The notes under the pieces are model-generated. The model was not told where the DNA came from. It searched no databases and saw only the letters and a list, made by a program, of their open reading frames with translations. Shown here piece by piece: positions 1 to 12,245 of a DNA stretch of 64,000 nt (positions are counted from its first letter, which is position 1; each line of letters opens with the position of its first letter). The DNA comes from Tetramitus jugosus (taxonomy: Eukaryota; Protista; Heterolobosea). The DNA lies in the NCBI GenBank assembly GCA_937625935.1, contig OW569363.1, positions 124,001 through 188,000 of the forward strand, written 5' to 3'. A program made the translations under genes and the position numbers.

Positions 1-384
1 TATACCACCAACCGTCTGATGCATGGTTGTCTGGGGATTCTTCTCTGGACGATGAACAATTGTCATTGTGTGAGTACAGATACACACATGTCATTGTTAC
101 ACAACAGGGAATCGAGTCCCAATAGTGACTTCCACCCAGACACAACTCTATATTATGTATCCCCATCTCATTGTGTGAAAAGAGATTAAGGTGTAATTTG
201 TGCCTTCCAATAAACAAATTGAAAGATTGTGTGTTAATCTAATCGTTTTAACTTTTATTCGCCTTGTCAGATGCCAGATCAGAAACTTGGTGGCTCGAAC
301 ACGTGTCCGCTAACAATCTTGAAACCCGATCATGGAGGCTCCTCCAGTAGCAATACCAAACAAACAAATTGAATAACCTCACAA

Positions 385-945
385 ATGACAACTATCTTAT
401 TGTCATATATCTTGAATTTCTTTGCCTGGTTACTTTCACTGTTTTTTACTCCTAAACCGAGCAATATTCTCGTTCTTGGATTGGACAACTCTGGCAAGAC
501 AACATTGTGCCACTATCTGTACTCAAGTATAGCGATTCAACAATCCCCTCTGCGTGACTACCCAACTCCAACTCCAGTTCTAATCGGAGGTAGTTCTTTT
601 AATGTATTCGAGCACCGTCATGGGAGAATACCAGATGATTATTGGAGTGATATTCAGGGAATACTGTTCTTGGTGAGTGCAAGGGAGAGTGATAGATTCG
701 ACGAGGTAAAGAGAGAGTTGGACACGTTACGATCGAACCAAAGGATTGAAAATATTCCTATCGCAGTCTTGGGCAATAAGATTGATCATGTGGACGCAGT
801 AGGAGAACAGGAACTTCGGGATGCTTTGGGAGTTCAGAGTGAATGCAGCTCTGGAAGACCTCTCAAAGTTTTTATGACATCGATAGTGTGTCGTGGGGTA
901 GGCATACAAGAGGCCTTTCAATGGCTTGCTCTCCTCAAATCCTGA
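385..945 (+). CDS. Divergent Sar1/Arf-family small GTPase
   Basis: P-loop GLDNSGKTT, G4 LGNKID, Sar1-like C-terminus (EQELRDALG...RPLKVFMTSIV...EAFQWL). The G3 DxxG motif is replaced by FEHRHG. Confidence 0.8.
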   Translation: MTTILLSYILNFFAWLLSLFFTPKPSNILVLGLDNSGKTTLCHYLYSSIAIQQSPLRDYPTPTPVLIGGSSFNVFEHRHGRIPDDYWSDIQGILFLVSARESDRFDEVKRELDTLRSNQRIENIPIAVLGNKIDHVDAVGEQELRDALGVQSECSSGRPLKVFMTSIVCRGVGIQEAFQWLALLKS

Positions 946-1650
946 GGTTCATTCAAGCATGAATAGAAGTTTCTGTTGTTTTGGGAAAGAAAATGGGACA
1001 GCAACTCGGAATAGAGCGCGATCCCACGAGCCACTTTGTGACTCTGGACAGTGAAGGCTTAATCAATACGCTTGGAATTGTTTAGATTGAAATTGTGGCA
1101 TCCATACACGCAGCAAATAAAGGAAACGATTTCGTCCACCCAGTTTCGAAAGCAGTATGTGGGTTCTTAGAAGTTCCCTTTTCGGAAGTTCGTTTTGCAT
1201 GAAAAACAAATTCGTCGATCCCATAGTTATTCGAGATCGGTGTACTTTATTGAAGCTAAAAGGAAATCCAAGTCCATTATTTATCGAGTAACACTGAGAA
1301 GACATCCAGCAACAATTCAACCTCCGATACAGCTATCAGACTCAAGCCTACTTTGCCGGGTCCTCGTCTTCTGGCGTTGCTCAGATCTGGTGGAGTGGGC
1401 GAGAGTTTTTTGAGTTCGCCAGAAGCAATGCAGGAAAGCAACCTTTTAGTCAGTTTGATGATTGAGTCCTTTTCATCTTTACAACAACGAGCAGAAGAAA
1501 CCACCACAGAAATTTTTTGTATTCCAAATTTCAAGCTTTTCTCGTCCAAAGCTTTCAACGATATCCACAGCAAAACCACCAAGAAACACTAACAACAAAA
1601 CAACAAAACCCATACACCATACCACAAGAGTTTTTTAGGTCACAAACGTC

Positions 1651-2517
1651 ATGCCACCAAAAATCACAAGTGAAGAACCAGTCACCAACACAACCAATGA
1701 CCAACAACAAGGAGAACAAGGTGAAGAGCTCTATCCCATTCAAGCTCTGGTGCAAAATGAACTAGGTGAGTTTGAAGAACAAACTGTGATGCTAACACGA
1801 GAGCAATTGATTCAATTGATGAATCATATGGCCAATCAACTCACAGGAGTGTATTCCAAGGAGCTGCTACAGCTGTTACTGGAAAGCTTGAGCACAAAAT
1901 CACTGGTAGAGTACTGTTTTAGAGCCAATTGGAATGGGAGTGCACTGGGAACTGGGCCACTGTTTAGAGCTCGTTTCCATACTGAGCAATGGAACGTCAA
2001 GTTGTTGCCTGACAAGTCCATCATTGTCAATAAGAGTGATTATGAGAATAAAGTAAAAGCTACTAGGGAAGTGGAGCATCTTCATCACTTGACTGAAGAA
2101 GAGCCAAAGTTAGGTTCCATTTTTGCCATTACTGACAAGAACATGTGGATGTTTGATATGCATGAGGAAAATGCAGAGTTTGACTTCTTCAAAGACCATT
2201 TCAATACTTGTCTAGTGGAGTTTGTGGCAGAGTGTGAACAAGTGGACAATGAGTATCATGTTACTCTCAAGAGAGTGTTGTTGTATGAGGATGTTGAAGA
2301 GGTAAGGTACAATTGTACTTTTGGAATGTTTTCGTCTGGTGAAATGCGTCAAGGACAGAAAATTGTACATCCGGTACCTATTGGTAGAGAATGTCAAGTA
2401 TGTAAGAAGAGATTCAAGTATACGGATGGCGGTATTCAAATTGCCTATATGAGCAGTTCTCTGCCAGGTGGTTGTGCTTTACAAGCAAACCATGGACATT
2501 GTGGGTTCCCCATTTAA
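1651..2517 (+). CDS. Hypothetical protein, 288 aa, Cys/His-rich C-terminus
   Basis: Long ATG-initiated ORF with protein-like composition; CxxC (CQVC) and C..HGHC near the end; no family recognised. Confidence 0.6.
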   Translation: MPPKITSEEPVTNTTNDQQQGEQGEELYPIQALVQNELGEFEEQTVMLTREQLIQLMNHMANQLTGVYSKELLQLLLESLSTKSLVEYCFRANWNGSALGTGPLFRARFHTEQWNVKLLPDKSIIVNKSDYENKVKATREVEHLHHLTEEEPKLGSIFAITDKNMWMFDMHEENAEFDFFKDHFNTCLVEFVAECEQVDNEYHVTLKRVLLYEDVEEVRYNCTFGMFSSGEMRQGQKIVHPVPIGRECQVCKKRFKYTDGGIQIAYMSSSLPGGCALQANHGHCGFPI

Positions 2518-4192
2518 TAAATCAGAAGCTGAAACTGGAAGGAATAGGAACGATAGTTTTGAGTTGTCTTTGCTTGTGGGATTTAGTTCGGGCCAAATAT
2601 CAAATGATTCTCCTCTGTCACTTACAGTCTTACCAATCCGCAGAAATTTGGTTTTAATACAACCATTTCTGTTGATCACTTTGGTATTCTTTGCCTGTTG
2701 TTTTCGTCAGCCATCGCTCGCAGAGAAAGTCCTTGGTCACCATTCAGATTCTCAATGAGGCTCGCAGAACACAATTACTGTTGTTTCGCTTTCGTTGTCG
2801 TGAATAGGTGGAGATTCGTCGGACACCTCCGTTTCATGCTATTCACATATGGTTTTGTTATCTTTTCCGCAATTGCCACATTGATGCCATTTGCTAGTAA
2901 GCCTTCCGTAATGTCATGATGACCTCTGTTTCTACACCCGTCATCCCCATCACTGGTTCTTCTCAACGGTCTTCTGATCACATGTCCGTCTTTCACCTTA
3001 CATTATCGAACCAAGCCCAAATCGCCAGAAAACCGCGGAAATTGGCATAATTCACATGACTGATGTCTACGTTCATACAATGGTGGAACCACCTCTTCCC
3101 ATTTCGAATAGAGAAGTTAAGCACCATCTGGCTGAGTTAGTATTGAGATAGGAGACTACTCGAGAACCCTCAGTAATGTAGGCTTTTAGGCTTTTTGATC
3201 TGATACAAACAATAAAAATTGTTAGACATTGTTCGAAACAATGTGAAACTTTTCCCACATCTAGCATCAGCAATTTCGTCCGATGGAATGCCAGTCACCT
3301 AAGTTTTTGTGGTGAGAACTCACACGGTGCTCTGGGGCTTCCCACTGTCTATATTCAATCGATTGTAACTCAAATTCCTTTGTCGATCGGAACTGTGCTC
3401 GATTACAGATGTGGAGTGAATTTTACAGTGTTTACAACTACAAAGGGAAAAACCTATATTTGTGGATACAAAGGGTGAGTACTTTATCCATTCATTCAGT
3501 TTTTTCTGTTCAATGTATTGCTGTGAACTCACACTTTTGTTATTGTCTGTTAGTATGTTATGTCAACTCAAGGATGATACTAGTTCAGTTGCTGAAGTGC
3601 AAATGCACTGGGTTTCACATAGCACTTCCTACAACATTGGACGTCTTATGGCCTGTTCTCCAGTCGGTTATCACATGCTGCTGTACATTGTACCAGCGAA
3701 TTAATACCCCTTTCAAACAAACTCTTCACCGCTCAGCAAAAGGGACTCTTGTGTGATACAATTCTTGTTTTGGCGTTCGAGTAGTGAACCCTCGGACACC
3801 TGACATATGTTGCCATAGTGTGTTGGTATTTTCATTAACCACATCTACATTCAAACGAACTGCCATCAATGTCCAAATGGAAATCATGGGCCAGAGAACT
3901 GTAAATCTCATTTTCAAAGCACCATCTGCTGTAAATGACGAGCATGAGAATTCTGCTGAGCAAAAAAGGATGATACTCCTCAAGAGAATTCCACACTTGT
4001 GCCATTGGGTACATCCTAACTATCGACTCCTGTGTTGAGCTCTGTTGATTCTTGCTCACAAATTTACAGCAGTTTCTTTTCAATCCGGTTGTGAACTAAA
4101 TATACAATACTCCTTCATTTTCTGAGATCAAAACAAATTTGTTCAAAATCAAAGCGTACATTTTCACAGCAGAGCCAAGAGAAAAAACCTTG

Positions 4193-6163
4193 ATGAACGA
4201 TCTCCCTCAACAACAACAAATGCCATCAAATTCAATCATGATGGAAGAAAAAGAGGAATTCCCATCTCATCGTCACACGATTGTTGATTTGCCACAAGAA
4301 CTGTTTTACTCCATCTTGTCTTTTTTGGCGCCAAAAGTTTTACAGTACGGACTGGTGCACAGTTTGTTTTATAGGCCATATACGAGAGCTTCATTCTGGT
4401 ATGATGCCATCTCTCACAAGTACAGTTGGGTGTTCCATACACCACACTTGATTCAAAGCTATGTAACCATGCTTGAATGGCAACAACAAAAACTTGTTCA
4501 AAAAACGGCTGCTACAATCACTTTACAATCCATGTTGGATCGATTGCAGCACGAAGAGGCCAGTGGAACAGTGAATCATGATCATTTATGGTTTGCTCAG
4601 AAGAGTGATAGAAGTGATGATGTGGGTCAAGCAAGGATCATTGCTCCCAACACAAAATCTCATTTGTTGTCCATGTTCATTTCTCATAATAGGGGACAAC
4701 AACAAGAATCACATACTGTGAGTGATGATGTTGTTAGTAGTAAGAATGATGATGATAATGATGATGATGACAAGAAGATGACTCTACATAAGAAAGAACA
4801 GGAACTAGTGAGGTACTTGCAGCAGATTTATGAGTCGTTGAGGTATCATCCAATACGATTCCATGTGATGCTCGATGATGAGAATGAGCGGATGGGTGAT
4901 ACGGGAGTGTTTGATTCATCTGATGAAGATTTGATGACATCTAGTGATCATTCTGATGGTGCGAATGCGATTCGCCCAATGGAAGGTGAATCGTCTGATT
5001 TAGAGATGATTGGAATTGATGATGGTGATGATGAATCTGAAATGTCAGATTCTGAAGAAGAAACAAGAGAAGACAATGGCGACAATGATGACAATGGAGA
5101 GGATTATGATGACGAATATTTAACGGCACTCAGGTACTCAATTGATCGAGGTCGAGCCACCGTACCAAACACAGACAATTTCAATGCTCGTTTTAACATT
5201 GTTTTTACTAATTCAGATGGTGAAAACGGAGACGATGAAGCGGAGGAAAGAGTGATAGCACAAGGAATAGAAGAGATGAGTGACTCATTGTCATCATCGT
5301 CATCAGAAGTCGAAACTGAGGCAGAAGCGAGACACGACATTTATTTTGATAGTAGGGGTTTTGACAATATGGATTTTTATGATCGATTCTTGACTTTTAA
5401 TCCTCAGAGAGATGAGCATAAAAGTCTCTTGAGTGACATTTGTAGAGATCTTGATGTGAGAGACATGTATCTCTTCCCTCAAAAGGATATGCGCTGTGAA
5501 GATGTATCCTTGTGCAATACCTGTATCACTCAGACAATAGAGTATAGGAATAGTTCTGAGCAGAAGAATGAAGAGGTCAATAGCCGACACAACAGGAGTC
5601 GAGAGGTTGATCGGTTATTGGTTGCCTATTGCAATAATTATCATTATAGCAGTGATGAGTGTATCCGTACCAATTATCCGATTCCTGATCAGGAGGCTTC
5701 TTATTCCTTACCAGTCTGGTACGTGGAGTTTACTATTCTGTCAGCAGATGTCGGTGCTGATTCCAATTGCTCTATTGGACTTGGTCCAAGGTGTTACAAG
5801 AAAACTAGGCAACCGGGATGGAATCGCGTGAGTGCGGCATATCATGGAGATGATGGTGGAAAGTTTTTAGGCGATGGAGCTCACTCAAGTGTGTTTCATC
5901 CGTATGGACTTAACGATACGGTTGGACTAGGCATCTACTTTGCAACCAATGAGATATTCATCACAAAGAATGGTAAGTTGGATGTGCTATGTACTCTGGA
6001 TGATCTCAGAAGATACAAATATGCTGATCAACTCGAAGAACACAAATTGTATTTGCTCATGGGCTTTTGGGACACGCTCCAATGTGAGGTGAACTTTGGC
6101 AACAAGCCATTTGTGTTTCAAATCGAGCACTTGTGTGATCTTTTAGACATGAGAAGCGAATAA
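4193..6163 (+). CDS. F-box and SPRY (RanBP9/SPRYD3-type) domain protein
   Basis: F-box-like DLPQELFYSILSFL; long acidic linker; SPRY motifs WYVEFTIL, SIGLG, QPGW..S.AYHGDDG, DTVGLGI, IFITKNG, VNFG.KPF. First ATG at 4193. Confidence 0.85.
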   Translation: MNDLPQQQQMPSNSIMMEEKEEFPSHRHTIVDLPQELFYSILSFLAPKVLQYGLVHSLFYRPYTRASFWYDAISHKYSWVFHTPHLIQSYVTMLEWQQQKLVQKTAATITLQSMLDRLQHEEASGTVNHDHLWFAQKSDRSDDVGQARIIAPNTKSHLLSMFISHNRGQQQESHTVSDDVVSSKNDDDNDDDDKKMTLHKKEQELVRYLQQIYESLRYHPIRFHVMLDDENERMGDTGVFDSSDEDLMTSSDHSDGANAIRPMEGESSDLEMIGIDDGDDESEMSDSEEETREDNGDNDDNGEDYDDEYLTALRYSIDRGRATVPNTDNFNARFNIVFTNSDGENGDDEAEERVIAQGIEEMSDSLSSSSSEVETEAEARHDIYFDSRGFDNMDFYDRFLTFNPQRDEHKSLLSDICRDLDVRDMYLFPQKDMRCEDVSLCNTCITQTIEYRNSSEQKNEEVNSRHNRSREVDRLLVAYCNNYHYSSDECIRTNYPIPDQEASYSLPVWYVEFTILSADVGADSNCSIGLGPRCYKKTRQPGWNRVSAAYHGDDGGKFLGDGAHSSVFHPYGLNDTVGLGIYFATNEIFITKNGKLDVLCTLDDLRRYKYADQLEEHKLYLLMGFWDTLQCEVNFGNKPFVFQIEHLCDLLDMRSE

Positions 6164-6425
6164 ACTGCTCCATGCCTGTTGCAACAAGCTAACAAAAAAA
6201 AGATCCGGACAGAATATCCTTTTGTAAACCAAATATTTTCAAAGGTGTCGCTTGGGAATTCCCCAAAATACATGAGCATCAGATCTCAACGGACATCGTC
6301 GCATTGTGTCCTCCACATACACAATCAAATAACTATGCAATAGCAGAGGAAACAGAAACTCAATTTTGAGATCGGTCAACAACCTAACAACCGAAAATTC
6401 ACAATCGATCACATAAGACCAAACA

Positions 6426-7586
6426 ATGGATCATTCAAAGGACCAATGGGCAAAAGAGTCTCCAATCAACAAGCAAGAATCGGTCACACCCGTACCCTCT
6501 CCATCACTGGCTCGCAAGATGCCGCAATTGAAAATACAAGCCAACATGAGAGCTATGAGTGCTCAGGGACGTTCTCCTGCTTCCCCTGCCGACGATCTCC
6601 CACCAGCTTCTCCACCATTCTCCTATCAATACAAGCAAAAGAGAGCGAAACAGAAACAACCATTGAGTCGAAGATTACTCACACCAGCGACTCTGGATAT
6701 CATGCAGGGAAGACCTGTTCGAGAGTCCCTCACACCACCAACTCCATCTCCCAGGTTGACTCAGTGGGAGAAGACAAAGACAAAGTATCTTGCAGCAGAG
6801 ATGGATGAGGAGACAAGGAATGAAGAGGTGAATCGATATGCGAGGTCGGCACTTGTTCTTGGCTTTATCATACATTTGACATCGTTTTTGGTGCTTTCAT
6901 CGTTGTTTCAATGGCCATTCCGAGCCTCGGACAATGAACTCGGCACTCTATCGTTGGTGTTTATTTCTGTGAACATGATTATTGGAGTTTGTGTGGGGAT
7001 GATTGGTCTATTGTTCTTAGGATTGAAGGGAGTACCGTTGTGGATTCAAAATCGATTGGAATCGTTGTACATGAACCAATATTCTGCTCGTAATGTATGT
7101 CCGTTTACTGGAGTAGTCAATGCGGATGAATCTTGTGATACTTGTCATGTCAAGATATCATACAAGGCAACGAGAGTAGAGTATGAAGATTACAGTAGCG
7201 ATATGGAGGATGAGGAATTCTTTTCTTCGGAAAATAGATTGGTGGAGTGCCATTGGTGTTCTCTGAGATGGCGGTTCATTTGGATGATTCCATTCAGTTT
7301 GGCTCCAGTGGTGCTTGGTATTGTTCACTGGAGTACCTTGTATTCGGTGCCAGTTCTGTTTTATCTGACCTGGTTCGCCAGTGGATTATTCGCAATTGTG
7401 TTATCATTCTTCCTTGTGAAACAACTGAATTCTCTTTCCAGCATAACATCCATGTTTAAGAGATTTTTCGTCCCCAATATCCAAGAAGAAGTTTACCAAC
7501 TCATTCAAGTGTCAGATCAGTCACCTTTACCGCTTTTTGGTTCGCCTATCTTGAACTCTCCTGTAAGTGTTGGGACTCCTATCTAG
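6426..7586 (+). CDS. Hypothetical multi-pass membrane protein
   Basis: 386-aa ORF; Pro/Ser-rich N-terminus, about four hydrophobic segments, CxxC pairs in the loop. Confidence 0.65.
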   Translation: MDHSKDQWAKESPINKQESVTPVPSPSLARKMPQLKIQANMRAMSAQGRSPASPADDLPPASPPFSYQYKQKRAKQKQPLSRRLLTPATLDIMQGRPVRESLTPPTPSPRLTQWEKTKTKYLAAEMDEETRNEEVNRYARSALVLGFIIHLTSFLVLSSLFQWPFRASDNELGTLSLVFISVNMIIGVCVGMIGLLFLGLKGVPLWIQNRLESLYMNQYSARNVCPFTGVVNADESCDTCHVKISYKATRVEYEDYSSDMEDEEFFSSENRLVECHWCSLRWRFIWMIPFSLAPVVLGIVHWSTLYSVPVLFYLTWFASGLFAIVLSFFLVKQLNSLSSITSMFKRFFVPNIQEEVYQLIQVSDQSPLPLFGSPILNSPVSVGTPI

Positions 7587-9227
7587 CTTGAATCTCATTT
7601 TCAAGCTCTCAGATTCTCCAAATAAACTCCAACGCCCTTTTCTTTCGTTGATCTATCAAATTTGTTCTATTGATGTTTCGATTGGTGCTGGTTGGTGCTG
7701 TGTTAAATTACGCTTCAAAGCAATCAATACTGCGCTGGATGCAGTAGTACACCAATGACCCACTCCACAGGTGATTAATTCCCAATGGCGCTCGCTGAGT
7801 CATTAGACACTAAGTTAATGATATCACGGCACTACCGTGCACAAATCGAGCCACGACAGAGGAGACTGCGAACAACACTCTATCAATACCTGGCACCGAA
7901 AAACCAATTAGTACCAATCATCTGGCATAGAGATCATTTTGAGGCACAATAAAGCATAGGTACAACAACATTAGACCTCTACTCAACAACATCAACAGTC
8001 ATGTAATTGTCGAAAGCATTTACAGCATCTATATCAGTTTTAAGGTCTACAAGAGAGTCAGATTGCCAGAAGAGATTCAGCTACAATCAAGGCCATTGTT
8101 TGATGCAATTAAGTTTAGTTGAGGCAAGTATACTGATTCCAAATTTGGTTGGGAAAAGTTTGGACAAAAAGACAGGCAAGATGCATTGGGACCAAAGAGT
8201 GTCCAACTGAGGGTTGTAGTATTGTATGGAATGTAGCAACATTTATCTTTTCATCGAATTCCAACCAACATCATTAAATAGACCGGTCAATAAATCTAAA
8301 TGAGTTTGTGATATTCACCAAACTAACCTGATTAAATTTAGTTGCAATTCAGCTATATATGACTTCATATGCCATACTGGTGATGAAAATAACGAATATC
8401 TGTAGATATTTGGAATGCTTTCATAAAGAGCCTCCACAAAACAGAGAATCAAAGGGCGTGATTATTTATCGAAAGCGCAGAAACTATCACTATCACCGAC
8501 TTACAACTCTCCCTCGGCGAGTTACTTCCCAACAAGACCGCTGCCCTATGTCCCTCTTTGGCCAATATTGACAGACAAAATGGCTCCGTAGAACTGTCTG
8601 TCCAAGATCTATGGGACCCACTGGATGTTTACTCTATTCCAAGGATGTTAGCTCTAAAAGAAAACATTTTCAACAAGAACTATGAGAAACAAGACATCCA
8701 AAATATGACAGTGTCGAATTGGCTCTATCCATACTTAAGAAACTTCTTGGTAAATGACGTATATACTAGGAATGTTGTGCAGAGTACAACAGATGAACCG
8801 CGGATAGTTATAGGATGGCATTTGTTCAATTTTTGAACACCTTGATGGAAGATGGGATCGATGTAAATGTATTGTTTGATGAAGTTGCTGGAATTTTGGT
8901 GGATTTCTCCACAGCACAGTACCAGGGTCTCAAGTTGGCTTTGGATGAGATTTTCGATGACAACAACTTGGCGGAATCGATTTTGGTTCCAGAGCATATG
9001 GATTTTCAAAGGCAACAATTGTGGATCAGAACCCTGTTTTCAATAATGAACACAATAAAAAACACAAATGTATTGTCGCTATCGAAAAAGAAAAAGTTGT
9101 TGTTGTTTATTTTTTTAAAGTAATTTTCGCACACACGAAACAAATTTGTATTAAAAATAAAACCTTTGACATAAATTTTTTATTCTTCTATGTCATACTC
9201 TGGTCACTCCAAGCTGCACCATCTGTC

Positions 9228-9530
9228 ACAGATGAACATGTGATACCATACCATAGTAGTAGTGTTTCTTCATGAGTGTTCTTAAAGCATCGTGACCACA
9301 ATGTCCATTAACCTGGTGAACAAGATCAATCGCTTCTTCCTTAGTCATCAGTACCTTCTTTAATTTCTCTTCTCACCTCAGTATCAACAAAATGAACACC
9401 ATTGACCCATGATTCAGGAGGTTTTCCAACACTAGCTGGTAACATCTTTCGATTTGTGCTCTTCTTTCCTTTACATCGACGATACAACATGCCATTTAGG
9501 ATAATGTAGTGATGGCTTGCTTCATATTTG
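9228..9530 (-). pseudogene. Frameshifted integrase zinc-binding (H2C2-type) domain remnant
   Basis: Minus-strand translation HYIILNGMLYRR... then, after a frameshift, KKVLMTKEEAIDLVHQVNGHCGHDALRTLMKKHYY. This fits the H-x3-GH-x-G...YY pattern of Gypsy/Ginger-type integrase N-termini. Confidence 0.55.
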
Positions 9531-10425
9531 ATAAATTATATTTCTCTGCAGAGATATTGTATCATTCTCCTAGCAAACCATTTCTTCTTTTCGCGAGTTT
9601 TCATCACAATCAGAAACTCGTCTGGTTCCTCCGGTCTTTCCATTAACTGACAGAACATGTTGCCCTTCTGACGAGAGCGCTGAGCTCGTGCTTCTGAAAG
9701 TCCTTGGGACAGAGTTGATTAGATAATTCTGTTACAAAGTACACCTGGCTGATAGGTCTAGGATTACTCTTGTACAACACTATTGTGTGCCAGAAGAGAG
9801 AGGAAGAAAACAAGAATTTCTATCTTGTACTCCATAATCCTATGGTCATAGTACCATGTTATTATTGATCTGTTTGCTTCATCGACAAATCCAGAAATTT
9901 TGTTGTAAAAATCATGCGTAATTGATGAACTGTATTGATTTGCTTTGGAGATCAATTCTTAAAAGGAATGGTTGAAGTTGAAGTCTCATGTGGTTATCAT
10001 AAGAAGTAGAATCTCAGTATATAAGTGTATATCATTCATGACCCGAATAGGAGATTGTGTATGTCGATGTTGTTTCATAAGGCTGCAGCATGTTAAACAC
10101 ACCGCGCACAAACTTAAAATCATCGACGATACTATTCCCCCATAAGTCATACTTCATTCGATCTGACTTTGTTTTATTTGTTGATGTGTTAACTCAACTG
10201 GTCTGTTTGTAAAATTAGAATATGTATGTGTGATCGCGAGAGCACTTGAAAAACCCTTCTCGATGGTTTCTCGTCCTCGATTTCTCTGGACGGAATTTTT
10301 TCTCAAGGAAATTTCGCGCCATTAATAACTACAAAATATTCTTTGTCGAGCCAGTACAAGAAAACTCGAGGACCTCGTCGGTTTCTCGACACAACCGAAC
10401 AAATAGTACAACAAATACAATAAAC

Positions 10426-12245
10426 ATGTCTACATTACCAACAACACAACCATCGAGTATAGAACACGAAGATCGAAATTGAGCCTGAAGATGATTTGCT
10501 GTCTGAAGTTATGAACGTTCCAACAGAAGAAAGCACTGGATCATTGACTTCTTATGACAGTGCTCAAATCGTGGCCGAACTTTCTTCAACAACTGATATA
10601 GAATCGCAACAATCACAGTCTGTTTCGGATTTAATCATTAAACAACCATTACCTAACCAAGACGAGTTGGAGAAAGAGTTTGTTCGAAAAATCAAGCTCA
10701 AGCCAGGAGAAATGATCATCCCTTGTGGTGAAGTGAATCGGGTGGAGAGTAGACAAAAACAACTAGTATGGCATGACTACTATTACAGTACCAAGGAGAC
10801 AGTGAGTCAACAATCTGTCGTTTACTATTGTCATAGAGTTAAAACAGCCAGGTGTAGATCTCGAATTCGTTTTTATCCAAAGTACAACATTTTTGTACAT
10901 GCAGGGGAGCACGAGAATCACTCTGTGCATTATGTTGAGAAAAAGTAAACCACCCCTTGATCAGGACAGAGTAAGAGAGTTGTATGAATTCGTAAAGGCT
11001 AACACTCACATCAAATCGAGTCATTCTATTGCTGAAACACTCAACGCAAGGGTACCTGAGAACAAGCGAGCTGATTGTCGATACAAAATTACGATGCAAG
11101 ATGTTCAAGCAGCTCAACAAAAGTACAGGAGTGAGAGAGTTTTCAACATTCAAGATGTACATGAGCGAGGAGACTTGGCAAGCATCAAATCTAGAGGTAC
11201 AGAAGAAATATTTGTGAGGTGGGTATCGACGTATCCCTTTTTCCAATTGATTTGGGCTTCAAATTATCAGATCAATATGTTAAAGGATGCTACAAGCGAA
11301 GGTCAATTCTACATTGATGGTACATTTGATATATGCCCTGAAGGGATTAACCAAATGGTTACTTTGATGTTGCGAAAGAAGGGACACGCCAGAGCAATAC
11401 CTTGTCTTTTTGCGTTCTTGCGTGGAGATGAATTTAGCAAAGAGGGCAAGTCGGGAATGAACTATTGGTTTTTGTGGTGGACCATCAAATACTTGGTGCA
11501 AGAGCTTGAGAACATCAAGAAGATATACATCTCTGTCGATTTTGAAAAAGCAATGCACAATGCAATCAAGGAACATTGGCCAGAAGCAGAGATAGTCGGT
11601 TGCTTCTTTCATCAGATACAAGCTATTGGAAGATGGATCAAGAGGGGAGTTCCAAAGGAGCATGTGTTGAAGCGGGACAGAGACACATTGGTGTCATTAG
11701 AGAATGATGTGAAGAACCTAGCTTGTTCTCAATTCAAGGATGATGAGGAGTTTCGACGGGCAGTTCGAAGTTTTATTGTCAAGTGGAAAGCTATTGCGGG
11801 GGAGAAGTTTATGAATTACATGATCAGTTAGGGAAGTGAAACAACCAAAGCAAGATTTGAACCAGAGATCTGGGCGTTGTACAAGAAACCAAGAACAGAA
11901 GATGTTGATCAGACGAACAATCAAGTTGAGATCTTACATAAAGAGATTAACTCGATGGTCTGCAATAGACCTAAACTGAAGCGAGCAATTGAGCTGTTGA
12001 AAGAATTGGAGAAGAAGAACACTGAGAGAAGCGTCAGTGAGATGTCCAACACTGTTCGAACATCTCCAGCACTACCATCAACTTCTCATCCACCGAAAAA
12101 ACGTCCCAGAGCAGCTATCAATCTCAAGAAGCAAGACAACACTTCCAGTCGCAAGAAACAAAAGACTGATACTGCAAACAACTCTCAGAGCATCACTACA
12201 GCTGATTTGCATCAAACTCAGTTCATTGTTCTTCAAATTCTGTGA
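10426..12245 (+). mobile_element. Disrupted Mutator-like (MULE) DDE transposase
   Basis: FLYWCH/WRKY-like finger (YYC...C...H.NH), FYIDGTF, PCLFAFL, SVDFEKAMHNAI...GCFFH, TNNQVE. Frameshifts near 10475 and 10945, and an in-frame TAG at 11829 at a probable Trp. No TIRs found. Confidence 0.85.

Noticed and set aside
2520-4100. Short overlapping ORFs between the hypothetical gene and the F-box/SPRY gene
   Set aside because: No coherent frame or motif; possibly decayed sequence, but unsupported.
8558-9123. Fragmented ORFs with a Walker-B-like VLFDEV
   Set aside because: One short motif with no Walker A or other support; cannot assign a family.
10246-10390. Possible left TIR of the MULE element (imperfect GTCCTCGA...TCGAGGAC inverted repeat)
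   Set aside because: No matching right terminus or TSD found downstream.
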